NCBI RefSeq assembly: GCF_963921235.1
Contig: NW_026948139.1
Location: forward strand, 124,001 to 188,000
Origin: Mobula hypostoma
Lineage: Eukaryota
Direction: 5' to 3'
DNA length: 64,000 bases
Positions 12,943 through 23,500 of the stretch are shown one piece after another (within the stretch, counting starts at the first letter, position 1; each line of letters begins with the position of its first letter). The translations under genes and the position numbers were made by a program. The notes below the pieces were generated by a model. It did not search any database. It was given only the letters and a program-made list of their open reading frames with translations, and had not been told where the DNA came from.

Positions 12943-14539
12943 CTGGAGTAAGGTGGAGGGCGAGGAGCCTATTGGGCGGGGAAATGGTGGCGGGATGGGG
13001 GGGAGGCGCGGTGGTTCTCGCCGCCGGTTTACATCAGTCCGATGCGTTTTCATCCTCTCCCCTGGGGTTCCCAGAGACTGCTAGCCCTCCTCCCTGTGAT
13101 TCGGGAAGCGCGGGTGGTCTCGGAGGTGGTTAAGGTTTCCTGTCTGCCGGGGCACACCCGCTCCGTCTCCATCACTAGCGTGTGTGAGACCGGGGACAGG
13201 GCTGGTCACTCACACATCTTCACCACCCACAACCCCCCTCCCACACACACACACAGACACACACTCCCATACACACACATACCTACACACTCACACTCAC
13301 TCTCTCACACACACACTCACACTCCCACACACACACTCACATATACACTCACACNNNNNNNNNNNNNNNNNNNNNNNNNNNNNNNNNNNNNNNNNNNNNN
13401 NNNNNNNNNNNNNNNNNNNNNNNNNNNNNNNNNNNNNNNNNNNNNNNNNNNNNNNNNNNNNNNNNNNNNNNNNNNNNNNNNNNNNNNNNNNNNNNNNNNN
13501 NNNNNNNNNNNNNNNNNNNNNNNNNNNNNNNNNNNNNNNNNNNNNNNNNNNNNNNNNNNNNNNNNNNNNNNNNNNNNNNNNNNNNNNNNNNNNNNNNNNN
13601 NNNNNNNNNNNNNNNNNNNNNNNNNCCCACACACACAGAGAGACTCACACACACACTCACACTCTCACACACACACTCACACTCTCACTCACANNNNNNN
13701 NNNNNNNNNNNNNNNNNNNNNNNNNNNNNNNNNNNNNNNNNNNNNNNNNNNNNNNNNNNNNNNNNNNNNNNNNNNNNNNNNNNNNNNNNNNNNNNNNNNN
13801 NNNNNNNNNNNNNNNNNNNNNNNNNNNNNNNNNNNNNNNNNNNNNNNNNNNNNNNNNNNNNNNNNNNNNNNNNNNNNNNNNNNNNNNNNNNNNNNNNNNN
13901 NNNNNNNNNNNNNNNNNNNNNNNNNNNNNNNNNNNNNNNNNNNNNNNNNNNNNNNNNNNNNNNNNNNNNNNNNNNNNNNNNNNNNNNNNNNNNNNNNNNN
14001 NCACTCACATTACCTCTACCCGTGCGTCTTTCTATCTCTCTATGCCTCTCTCCTTCTTAATCCTTGTGTGTTCTCGTTTTCCTCTCTCTCCTTCACCATT
14101 TCTCTATCCAGCTCTGTGTCCCTGCCCCTTTCTCGTCACTCTCTGCACGTTTCTCTCTCTCTATTTGCCCCTCTCTCTCCATCTACCTTTCCACTTTTCT
14201 ACCTAGTTTTCCTCTCTTCTCTCTCTCTCCTTCCCCTCTTTGTTTCTCCATCTCCCGCTCTCTCTCTCCATATCTCATCCTCTCCCCCTCACGCTACCTC
14301 CGCTCATCGCCCCTCACTCTATCTCGCCCTCTCGCTCATCTCCCCTTCCTCCCACCTTTCCCGTGTCTCCCTTCTCTCCTCCTTTTATCCTTATCTGTCC
14401 TCCCTCCCTTTGTCTGCTCTCTCCCCTCACTTCCAGTCCCCCCCTCTCTCTCTGTTTCTCACACTCCCCACCGTCGCCTCTCCTTCTCTCTCCCTTTGCT
14501 CATCAGCCTGTTCCTCCAGAAACATTGCCTCCATCCCAC

Positions 14540-14582
14540 CTGCCTTCTCTCTCCGCAGAGCCAGGGAGGTCGGGTGGGGGTG
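14540..14582 (-). CDS. Candidate small upstream exon of the FHOD-like gene
   Basis: Acceptor ctaccttactgcccag and donor CAG|gtggga; a phase 1 to phase 2 reading (PPDLPGSAEREG) chains onto the 12942 exon. No homology support. Confidence 0.25.
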
Positions 14583-15629
14583 CTGGGCAGTAAGGTAGAC
14601 AGTGACTGACCGGGTTGTGGGGGGGAGTGAGGGGGAGGGGAGATAGGAGAACGGAGAAGGGCGAAAAGGAGGGGAGGGGAAATGGAGGAACGAGCAGTGG
14701 GGAGAGAGAGGAATGGAGATGGAAAGGGACGGGACAGAATGAGAGGCATCCGGGATAGCCAGTGAGGCGTAGGGATGAGGAGGGCAGGGAAGGTGGGAGT
14801 GAGAGGGTTAAAGTTGAGGTGATTTCAGCAGCTGGGAGAAGGTCACACTTTGGCACAGAACACTGATAAGCAGTGAGTAAACAGGAGGGAACAATAATTA
14901 CACCATCCATCACAGATAATGGCCTAAATTACTCTCACGGCAGTAAACACACCCTCTCAAGGGACGGGACAGAGAGAGGCCGGGACACGAAAACAGACTC
15001 GCTCCTTCCCTCCCTCTCACTCGTTCCATCTTCCTCTCTCTCTGTCTGTATCGTCCTCTCCAACTCTCTCCCTGAGTTCCTCTCTTATCTCCCTTTCCCT
15101 CCCTCGCTCCCTGTCTTTTCTTCATGTATCCCTCCCCGCCTCTTCATCTCTACTCCTCCCCCGTTCATTCTATCCCTCTCCCGTTCATTCTCCCTCTCCC
15201 TCTCCCCGTCATACTCACTCTGTCATACTCTCCCTGTCCGTCTCTCTCTGTATCCCTCTCATTGTCTCTCTCACACTCCCCCATTCATTGTTAGTCCCCA
15301 CCTCCCCCTCCCTCTCTCACTCTCTCACACACACATACACACACACACACATTTTCTGCTTCACCCTCCCTGTCCCTCTCTCACACCGCACCTCTGTACC
15401 CTGCCTTTCCCTCTACCTTCCCCACTCTCTCCTCCACACACAGGGCTGTGGACTGATCGCCCGTGACTGAGTCCAGTCCTCGGCTGGAGTTATATCACGA
15501 AGTAAATCAGTACTATCTGCCTGTTCTAAACACGGGCAACCCGCTCTTACGCGCCCGCTGCCCGTTTCACCGCTGGCGATTGGGGCAGCAATGAACATCC
15601 TCCATCTCATGGCTTCCTTCACCCTGTCA

Positions 15630-15925
15630 GTAGCTCCCTCGCGGTTTTCACTGCTGTCAGTCAGGCAAGTCCCGGGCGGAGACTCGGGAAGGATTCTTCA
15701 CTGCTGTTTCCACAACAGTTTTGTTTCACCAGTCGGGGTTGTTAGCCCGGAGCTGAACCCCCGAACCTGGAAGACCCGTGGACCGCTCTTACTCTGGCCT
15801 CTGCCCTTTGACCTGTTTGCCACGGGTGACCCCAGCAAGATCCAAAGCACAAAGCCCTGACTCCAGCCAACATAGCTCTCCGGGTTATTGAGACACGCGA
15901 GCCCTCAAAGACTATGACAAGTTTG
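15630..15925 (-). mobile_element. RTE/BovB-like LINE 5'UTR-derived fragment
   Basis: Minus strand cttgtcatag...gggctcgcgtgtctcaataacccggagagctatg...ggtcacccgtggcaaacaggtc resembles recalled RTE 5'UTRs. Confidence 0.5.
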
Positions 15926-16085
15926 TGGTCCCCTTGCAGGGCAGAACCCGCTAACATTTGCTTTATTGTTGGAAAATGCTAACCCAGATTTAAAATGGAG
16001 CCCAAGTTCTCCTACGTTAATGGGACACCCCACCTCGGCAGGGCCTGCTAATTCCCTGGCTAAACCTCTGCTATGCTTCTCGTAC

Positions 16086-16136
16086 CTGTCCTGCCTCCTC
16101 TTGAACCCCTTCTTCCTCCGAGCCCCGGGTCGGTGG
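16086..16136 (-). CDS. Candidate 51-nt exon of the FHOD-like gene
   Basis: Acceptor cccccgtgatctccacag, donor CAG|gtacga, purine-rich and frame-preserving. No homology support. Confidence 0.3.
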
Positions 16137-16894
16137 CTGTGGAGATCACGGGGGTCGGGGGTGGGGGCCTTCCTGAATGGGAATCTTTTCCTAAAACTGT
16201 GACCTCGTCACCGACAAGAAGCTGATCCTGTTGAAGTTCACTTTTTCGGGGTGTGAATCTGGCCCGGAGCTGAGAGCTGGCAGATTCGTGTCCCCCCACT
16301 CCTACACACCGTAGCGGCCCGATCTCTCTCTCTCCCACCCCGGCTCCTGGCCATCCCCGCCGGCACTCATTGTCCCTGGACGCTGACTCTCTGTGTCCCT
16401 GTCTGAGGGGTATCATATCCCTGCGTGTGTTGGGTGTGGGTGAAAGTGGGGAGCACCAGTGCCCGCAGATGCCCCCCCCCCCACCTCCACCATCGCCACT
16501 GGCAAAAGCTCTCTTTCACTATGCCGGACGCCGGCTCACCGTTCTCAGGGGGATTAATGTATCCGGATTACATTCCTCCCGGCGTTATGCAGGGCATTTC
16601 AGAATCACGGGATCAGTGCTGCAGTGAAGGGATTCATCTCCTTCCCCCCGCCCCCCGAACCCGTTCTCCTCGCCCCCATCCTCCCACATCCCCAGATCCC
16701 CCTAGGGAGGGACCGGAGCCCTTAGGGGAAACCCCACGAGGGTCACAGAGAGACTGTGGCGAGCAGCTTCAAGTTCATGTGACAATGTCTATCCGGGTCC
16801 AGTACATGGATACAACCTTGAGCAAGGCGCCCCTTCCTCTCTACTTTCGTACAGCTTGATCTCCACCGCCATCAGATCCCGGAATCTCCAAATC

Positions 16895-17205
16895 CTCAAC
16901 CCTCCTTCTCCCTTTCCCCCTTTCTCTTCCCCTCATCCTCTCTCACTCCTCTCCCTCACTCTCCTCTCTTTTTCTCCCCTTCCCCTCTCTTCCTCTCCCC
17001 TCTGTCTTCCCCTCTCCCCCTCCCTTTCTCCTCTCCTCTCTCTCTTCCCCTCTCCCTCCCTCCCTCCCTCTCTTTCTCCCCCTCCCTCTCTCCCTTTCTT
17101 TCCCTCTCCTCTCTGCCTTTTCCTTCTCTCCCTCTCTTTTTATCTCCCTCTCCGCCCTCTCTCTCTCTTTTCCCCTTTCTCTCTCTCTTCCCCCTCTCCC
17201 TCTCA
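16895..17205. repeat. Polypyrimidine (CT-rich) low-complexity tract; similar tracts at about 6760-7075 (GA), 14020-14500 and 15000-15440; CA-rich tract at 13210-13693
   Basis: Seen directly in the sequence. Confidence 0.9.
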
Positions 17206-17927
17206 ATCTTGCTGTTTATTTATTTATAAACTAGTACTGTTTATTTTGCTCGTTGGCAAATTGCATATAATTAATATTAATCTAAGTTTACGTTACCATG
17301 TTTGTCCTCTTAATTTGCTGTTCATATAAACCTAATCTTCTCGACATTCTTACCCTGATCGTGGTATGCTGCAGCAACAATAAACTTAGAAGGCGCTGTT
17401 GGAAGTGTCCCTGCTCATTACATCACGGCCTGGTATGCGCAGAGAGCGGCTGAATTTGCCCCGGTATGTCATGGGCATGCCCCGTGATGTACTGGGCAGA
17501 ATCTCCTGCCGGTGGAGGGCAGATACCACCCCGCCCCCTCCCCCTCCATCTGTAGTATCTACAAAGGGGCATGGTCTCATTGTAGATCCCCACCCCCGGG
17601 CCGCGCCATCTTCTCACTGCCACCATCGGGCAGGAGATACAGAAGCCTGAAGTCCCATTCCGCCAGGTTCAGCTACCCCCCCCGCCCCACCACTGCAACC
17701 ATTCGGTTCCTGAACCAGCCAGCACAACCCGAATCACTTCCTCAGCACAGCCAGACTTTGCACTAAAATGGACAGCTTTCTGTTCTAATTGTGTACTTCT
17801 TTTGTAAAAAAAAAGTGTATTATTGACGCAACCATGAGGAGATCTGCAGATGCTGTAATTTCAAGCAACACACATCAAAGTTGCTGGTGAACGCAGCAGG
17901 CCAGGCAGCATCTCTAGGAAGAGGTGC

Positions 17928-17963
17928 AGTCGACGTTTCGGGCCGAGACCCTTCGTCAGGACG
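17928..17963 (-). ncRNA. Minimal type I hammerhead ribozyme motif (left arm of the Penelope-like element)
   Basis: Minus strand: cGUC-CUGACGA-a-GGGU cucg GCCC-GAAAC-GUC^GAC. Confidence 0.65.
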
Positions 17964-18958
17964 AACTGAAGGAAGAGTGAGGAAGGGATTTGAAAGTTGG
18001 AGGGGGAGGGCGAGATCCAAAATGATAGGAGAAGACAGGAGGGGGAGGGATGGAGCCGAGAGCTGGACAGGTGATAGGCAAAAGGGATATGAGAGGATCA
18101 GGAGACAGGAGGCCCAGGGAGAAAGACAAGGGGGGGGGAATACCCAGAGGATGGGCAAGGGGTATAGTCAGAGGGACAGAGGGAGAAAAAGGAGAGTGAG
18201 AGAAAGAATGCGTGTATATAAATAAATAACGGATGGGGTACGAGGGAGAGGTGGGGCCTTAGCGGAAGTTAGAGAAGTCAATGTTCATGCCATCAGGTTG
18301 GAGGCTACCCAGACGGAATATAAGGTGTTGTTCCTCCAACCTGAGTGTGGCTTCAACTTGACAGTAAAGGAGGCCGTGGATAGACACATCAGAATGGGAA
18401 TGGGCCTTCTATACATTGGCGAGACCCGACACAGACTGGGAGATCGTTTTGCTGAACACCTACGCTCGTCCGCCAGAGAAAGCAGGATCTCCCAGTGGCC
18501 ACACATTTTAATTGCACGTCCCATTCCCATTCTGACATGTCTATCCACGGCCTCCTCTACTGTAAAGATGAAGCCACACTCAGGTTGGAGGAACAACACC
18601 TTATATTCCGTCTGGGTAGCCTCCAACCTGATGGCGTGAACATTGACTTCTCTAACTTCCGCTAATGCCCCACCTCCCCCGCGTACCCCATCCGTTATTT
18701 ATTTATATACACACATTCTTTCTCTCACTCTCCTTTTTCTCCTTCTGTCCCTCTGACTATACCCCTTGCCCATCCTCTGGGTATTTCCCCCCCCCCTTTC
18801 CTTCTCCCCGGGCCTCCTGTCCCATGATCCTCTCATATCCTCTTTTGCCAATCACCTGTCCAGCTCTTGGCTCCATCCCTCCCCCTCCTGTCTTCTCCTA
18901 TCATTTTGGATCTCCCCCTCCCCCTCCCACTTTCAAATCTCTTACTCTTCCTTCAGTT

Positions 18959-18994
18959 AGTCCTGACGAAGGGTCTCGGCCTGAAACGTCGACT
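18959..18994 (+). ncRNA. Minimal type I hammerhead ribozyme motif (right arm)
   Basis: AGUC-CUGACGA-stem II (agggtctcggcct)-GAAAC-GUC^GACU. Stem I is AGUC/GACU, a palindromic ACGU replaces helix III, and the predicted cut is after 18990. Confidence 0.75.
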
Positions 18995-19249
18995 GTACCT
19001 CTTCCTAGAGATGCTGCCTGGCCTGCTGTGTTCACCAGCAACTTTGATGTGTGCATTATTGATGCCTGTGTCCTTCTGAATGCTCTTTATCTGATGCCTT
19101 GCGCCTGTGATGTTGCTAAGGTGTTTTTTCTTGTACGGACAGAAAATGCTGGGGGGTCCACCTGTACGTTGCTTTAGATTTCCATCATCTTAAGACTTTC
19201 TCAAGTTTTTTTTTCTGAACGAACTGAAGTTTGAAGTGGGACCGGCTCG

Positions 19250-20160
19250 GGAGAGCTCTGTTTCCGGGGTGCACAACTCTGAGTCTGTGACCTCCGTCCA
19301 TCGTCCGCTGCGTGCGGAGCCCACACCTGCCCTTACCGAGGGGTCGGCGGTGGAAAGGGCCTGCAGCTTCAAGTTCCTGCTGTCAACATCACGGGGTGGG
19401 GGGTGGCGGGGATCAGTCCTGGGCCCAACACCCGGCACTCGCGAAGAAGGCGATCCAGAATTCGGTTCGTCCTGCAGACTTCTGCGGACGCCCGGTGGGG
19501 AGGATTCCGGCCGGTTACGCCGCCGCCCGGGATGAAAGCTCCAGGCCCGGGATCATGAGGGCTGATGACTCCGCCAGCTCCGACACGGGCAGCAGCCGCC
19601 ACTCTGTCGAGGACATCTTCCCAATGCGCTGCCTCGAGAAGGCGCCGTCCGTCACTGAATCACCCAGGACGTGCCCCCTTCTCATCCCTATCATCCGGGA
19701 GGGGCTGCAGGAGCCTGAAGACCCCCATCACCCAGGACGTGCCCCCTTCTCATCCCTATCATCCGGGAGGGGCTGCAGGAGCCTGAAGACCCCCATCACC
19801 CAGGACGTGCCCCCTTCTCATCCCTATCATCCGGGAGGGGCTGCAGGAGCCTGAAGACCCCCATCACCCAGGACGTGCCCCCTTCTCATCCCTATCATCC
19901 GGGAGGGGCTGCAGGAGCCTGAAGACCCCCATCACCCAGGACGTGCCCCCTTCTCATCCCTATCATCCGGGAGGGGCTGCAGGAGCCTGAAGACCCCCAT
20001 CACCCAGGACGTGCCCCCTTCTCATCCCTATCATCCGGGAGGGGCTGCAGGAGCCTGAAGACCTACACTAAATGTTTTAGGGACAGTTTCGTCCCCTCGC
20101 CATCAGATTTCTGAAGGTTCAATAAACACTACCTGTCTCCGCTGTTTATTTTGTATGTTA
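19250..20160 (+). mobile_element. GC-shifted Rex/Babar-like LINE 3' remnant
   Basis: VERACSFKFLL and VEDIFPMRCLEKAPS motifs; homologous to 59380-59800. Confidence 0.7.
19661..20064. repeat. 68-bp minisatellite, 6 essentially identical copies
   Basis: cacccaggacgtgcc... recurs at 19661, 19729, 19797, 19865, 19933 and 20001. Confidence 0.97.
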
Positions 20161-20256
20161 CTCTGGCTCTGTATTTGGGCTGGGGGGGCGCGAAGGGGTA
20201 GCTCTGGGGTGGGGGAGGAGACCTCTCGCTCCCTCTAATCTCACACCAGCACAACT

Positions 20257-20309
20257 ATGAATAATTATCCGGACTTTGGACTGCTTACGACGGGATCAAA
20301 GTCCAGGAT
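20257..20309 (+). promoter_or_regulatory. Putative CIDEB liver-type promoter: two inverted HNF4 DR1-like sites plus a weak HNF1-like site
   Basis: ggatCAAAGTCCA at 20293-20305 (plus strand), agtcCAAAGTCCg at 20270-20282 (minus strand) and atgaataattatc at 20257-20269; 105-150 bp upstream of the ATG. Confidence 0.6.
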
Positions 20310-20410
20310 CTCGCTATCCTCCCTCTGCTCGCGGACGCCCTGCACTGATTTGATCTTCCAGAGACCTGACCTGCGTTTCCTGTCGAAACCCGGCGGCTGG
20401 AAGGAGCACC

Positions 20411-20526
20411 ATGTCTCTCTGTGGGCCGCGTCCCGACGAAGGCTCGGTATCCAGGCGTGCCAGCGAGGATCAGGCCGGCTTCCTGGGGTCCCGGGGTTAC
20501 ATATCCTCGGCCTCCTCGCTGATCAG
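20411..20526 (+). CDS. CIDEB: CIDEB coding exon 1
   Basis: gcaccATG; ...GYISSASSLIR ends AG|gttagt and joins A-TCA-GTG to give LIRSV (human LLRSV). Confidence 0.75.
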
Positions 20527-23500
20527 GTTAGTCCGGGAGGGAGGCGGAGCAACCCCCCACCTCCCAGCCGCCGTGAAACCGCCGTGTAATTTCCCACCCT
20601 GATCCAATCGCCCTCTCCCCTCGGCGACCCCTAACCCCGAATATTTCTGGTATCCGGACATCCCCAGCGCTCTGGGAGGGGTGAGGTGAGGAGATTCCGC
20701 GCTCCTCCCACACAAGGAATCCCTCCTCATCTCCGTCTTAACGGGACGGAGACTGTTCCCCCTCCCCCCTTGGTTCTGGATTCTCCCACCAAGAGAACCA
20801 TCCTCTCAGCATCTCCCCCGTGGCGTCCCTCTCCCCGCGAAATCCCCCCTCCCTCATCATCTCCACCTTTCAATAAGATCACCTCTCCTTACCCTGAGTC
20901 CCAACGAGAAAACCCAACCTGCCCGTTCCTTCCCGGTAAGGGAACCCTTTCCCCTGAAACGACCCAGCGACCCCCTCCGCATCGCTCTGCAATGAATACG
21001 GGACCCCCCACCATTCCTGATGTCACCCAACCCCCACCCCCGTCCTATCAAACCAGGACTGACCCCCTGCCTCAGCCTCACCCCCTGCACTGACCCTGTC
21101 TTCCCTTCACGTCCAGAACTCACCGATCCCCCTCCCTCTGTGCTGGGGGGTAGAATTCCAGAGATTTACTTTCCTGGGGGCGGAAGGGAGGGCAGGGGAT
21201 AGAAAGCTCTCTCTGAACAGCTGACCTTCTATTCTGGGACGGTGACCCACCACCCCCTCCCAGCTCTGGGACATCCCAGTCAGGGGGAAAATGTGCCCCG
21301 TCACGCCCGGGAGAGTTTTCCCAAACTCTCGTTGCTCTCGTTCTCCCAAACCCCAGAGGTCCCATCTGCTTAATCCCTCCTCAGAGGAAAATCCACGCCC
21401 ACCACACCCGTTCCAGGGACGGATGCGATGAACCTTCCCCCCCCCCCGACCCCCGATGTCACACACCTCGCATTCTTAGAGTCACGAGACCAGTGCTGTG
21501 CACAATGTTCCTGGGGTGGTCTCGCTGGGACTCGTCACTGGATCAGGATGTCTTGTGTTGCTTTCTCTGGAGCGTCTCAGGCCGAGGGGAGACCCGATTG
21601 AAGGTTATAAAATTGCGGCACAGATAGGGCAGACAGTCAGAATCTTTCTTCCCCAGGGCGCAAATGTCAAATACCAGGTGATATGGAGAATAGCTTAAAG
21701 GAGATTTGGAAGGCAGGGTTTTTTTTTCTGCACGGAGAGAGGGGGATGTCCGAGACGGGCTGCCGGGGGGGGGGGTGGGGTGGAAGCAGATGACGTCACG
21801 ATGCTTTTAGACAGACGGGTGAACAGAATGTAGATCACGTGCAGGCAGATGGCATCAGTTGGGTTGGCCCACCGGGTCTCGCTGATCTGATGAAGCTGAT
21901 GGCAGCTAATCCTATTTACCTGGGTAGGGTCCATATTCAGAATCAGGTTCATTATCACTGAATAGAACCTGCCCTTCGGACCACTGCGTTGCGCTGACCT
22001 GCTCCAAGACCAATCTAACACTTCCTTCTCACTTAACCCTCCACTTCTCTATCATCCATTTCATATCGTGACATTGTTACTGTAAGCGACACACATAAAT
22101 ATACCCAGTGACCATGTTACAGGCACACCTGTACACCTGCTCGTTAATGCAAATATCCAATCAGCCAATCATGTGGCAGCAACTCGAAGCATAAAAGCAT
22201 GCGGACTTGGTCAAGAGGTTCAGCTGTTGTTCAGACCAAACATCAGAATGGGGAAGAAATAAGTGATTTTGACTGTGGAATGATTGTTGGTGCCAGATGG
22301 GGTGGTTTGAGTATCTCGAAGACTGCTGATCACCGTATTCCTCGACTTTTCCATCCATGCTCACTGTTCAAATGGGAACGTGCGTTCCAAAAGAGAGAGT
22401 GTCACAGATTTAATCCTCGTCGCCACTGCTGCAATTAAAGAGCATTTATCGTGACCAGTGCTGCTTGTCACCTGGAAAACCATGAACACGTTCACAAGGT
22501 CGGAATGAGTAGGTTAGACGTTAATTGATAGACGGTCAAGCCCGCGGGACCGACCAATCCCGTGATGTCACATGACAGACCAATTAAACACTCACCCGGT
22601 GGACAGGACAATTTTCACACACGATACTCTCCAGGTTTTACAGAGAATGGTGCGAGCACAACATTCAGTGAAGGAACATTTTTTTCTGTGGGCGAAAACG
22701 CCTTGTTAATGAGAGAGGTCAGACTCGAAGGCGACAGTGACTCAAATACACACGTTTTGCAACAGCGGTGTGCAGAGAGCATCTCTGAAAGCACAACACG
22801 TCGAACCTTGAAGTGGACGGGTACAGCGGCTAGTTTATTCGGTGCAGTCCTAACGATAGTGTTCGAAACAAACTCGGACAGCTCCCCCTTTCCGCAGGCT
22901 TCGTAGACAGAATCAGAGTCATTTTATCGCTGGTATGTGTGGAGAAATTGTAGTAGAACGCAAGGCATTAAGCTACAATGATAAGTGAATGAATGGATGA
23001 CTAGCTAGGTAGAGCGACAGAGAGATAGTGAGCTAATGTTCATGGGTTTGGAAGTCTGATGACCGTGGGGAAGAAGCTCTCCCTCAAACACTGAGTGCGG
23101 GTCTTCAGGCTCCTGTACCTCCTCCCTGAAGGTAGCAATGGGAAGAGTCTCGCTATTGTATCTACTCCCCCGACAGCCCGCCGAGGGTGTTGCTGGAACA
23201 GAGGAACGTGGTTGTAAGGGGAGCTTGCACAGGCTGAGATTGTTCTCACTGGAACGTGGGAAGCTGAGGGGTGACCTGATGGAATTATAAGGGGGGGGGG
23301 TAAATAGGGTTCCTTAGGGTTGTTACAGCCAGAGGTGGGGGTGGTAACAGGGATAAGCTCCCACTACCCGTTAAATGCTCTCAAATAGCCCCCGACAGCC
23401 GCCCGGCACCCGGCCTTGCCGCAACACACAGGAAACGCTGCAGCAACTCAGCAGGCCAGGCAGCATCGACGAAAAAAGTACAGTCGCCGTTTCGGGCCGA

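Larger units (their letters stand above)
17830..19050 (+). mobile_element. Penelope-like element: GIY-YIG endonuclease C-terminus with an inverted 5' pLTR copy (about 540-bp palindromic arms)
   Basis: LLYIGETRHRLGDRFAEHLRS, then a 1-nt frameshift, then RQRKQDLPVATHFN...LEEQHLIFRLGSLQPDGVNIDFSNFR* (stop 18663-18665); arms about 17867-18404 and 18520-19052; TSD gtgYattattgaYgc at 17815-17829 and 19051-19065. Confidence 0.9.
17340..19135 (+). mobile_element. Rex/Babar-like LINE 3' remnant hosting the Penelope foldback
   Basis: DPHPRAAPSSHCHH / SLPPSGRRYRSLK motif at about 17580-17660; the 3' UTR continues after 19065. Confidence 0.6.

Noticed and set aside
12943-13160. Possible extension of the FHOD-like exon upstream
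   Set aside because: An in-frame TAG lies near 12970 and all three minus frames have stops; a good acceptor exists at 12943-12944.
13042-14598. 518-aa and 340-aa ORFs
   Set aside because: They run through N gaps and CA/CT microsatellites.
15413-15622. Minus-strand 69-aa ORF as a formin exon
   Set aside because: No homology recognised; it adjoins an RTE-derived repeat; no convincing splice pair.
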